Of a DNA stretch of 54,966 bases, positions 54,966 through 54,966 are shown piece by piece. Made by a program: the position numbers and the translations under genes. Within the stretch, counting starts at the first letter, position 1; every line of letters begins with the position of its first letter. Source of the stretch: a virus (taxonomy: Duplodnaviria > Caudoviricetes); IMG/VR virus record IMGVR_UViG_3300036782_000031, positions 1-54,966 of that record; one strand, written 5' to 3'. The notes below the pieces were generated by a model. That model was not told the DNA's origin and did not search any database. It worked only from the letters and a program-made list of their open reading frames with translations.

Positions 54966-54966
54966 G

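Noticed and set aside
1-54966. tRNA genes, integrase/attP, repressor, reverse transcriptase/DGR
   Set aside because: No cloverleaf, recombinase or RT motifs seen; lifestyle cannot be settled from this window.

Overview
High-GC fragment of a tailed dsDNA phage (siphovirus-like). The host is most likely an actinomycete, inferred from its Lsr2, Rpf-like, DUF2637/TraB and ClpP-HK97 head gene types. Layout from left to right: (1) a promoter-driven, highly base-paired non-coding region running off the left edge; (2) a leftward operon encoding a DUF2637/Spd-like membrane protein with a C-terminal Lsr2-like domain, a membrane-anchored FtsK/TraB-type ATPase and two small membrane proteins; (3) small leftward early genes behind a repeated phage-specific promoter/RBS cassette; (4) a RuvC-like resolvase, and a primase-polymerase/helicase flanked by iteron-like repeats; (5) a rightward virion operon (TerS candidate, TerL, PLD/HKD protein, portal, HExxH protein, ClpP protease, major capsid, tail genes with a -1 frameshift, tape measure, tail tip, lysis, extra fibre module); (6) leftward genes for a LysM/Rpf-like/NlpC hydrolase, a split DnaE and a truncated peptidase. 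The strongest candidate novel system is a Streptomyces-plasmid-like TraB/Spd DNA-transfer module, with a clt-like GGAACGAM repeat cluster, carried by a virion-forming phage. No integrase, repressor, tRNA or CRISPR array was seen. All protein calls come from motif recognition by eye, not from database searches.
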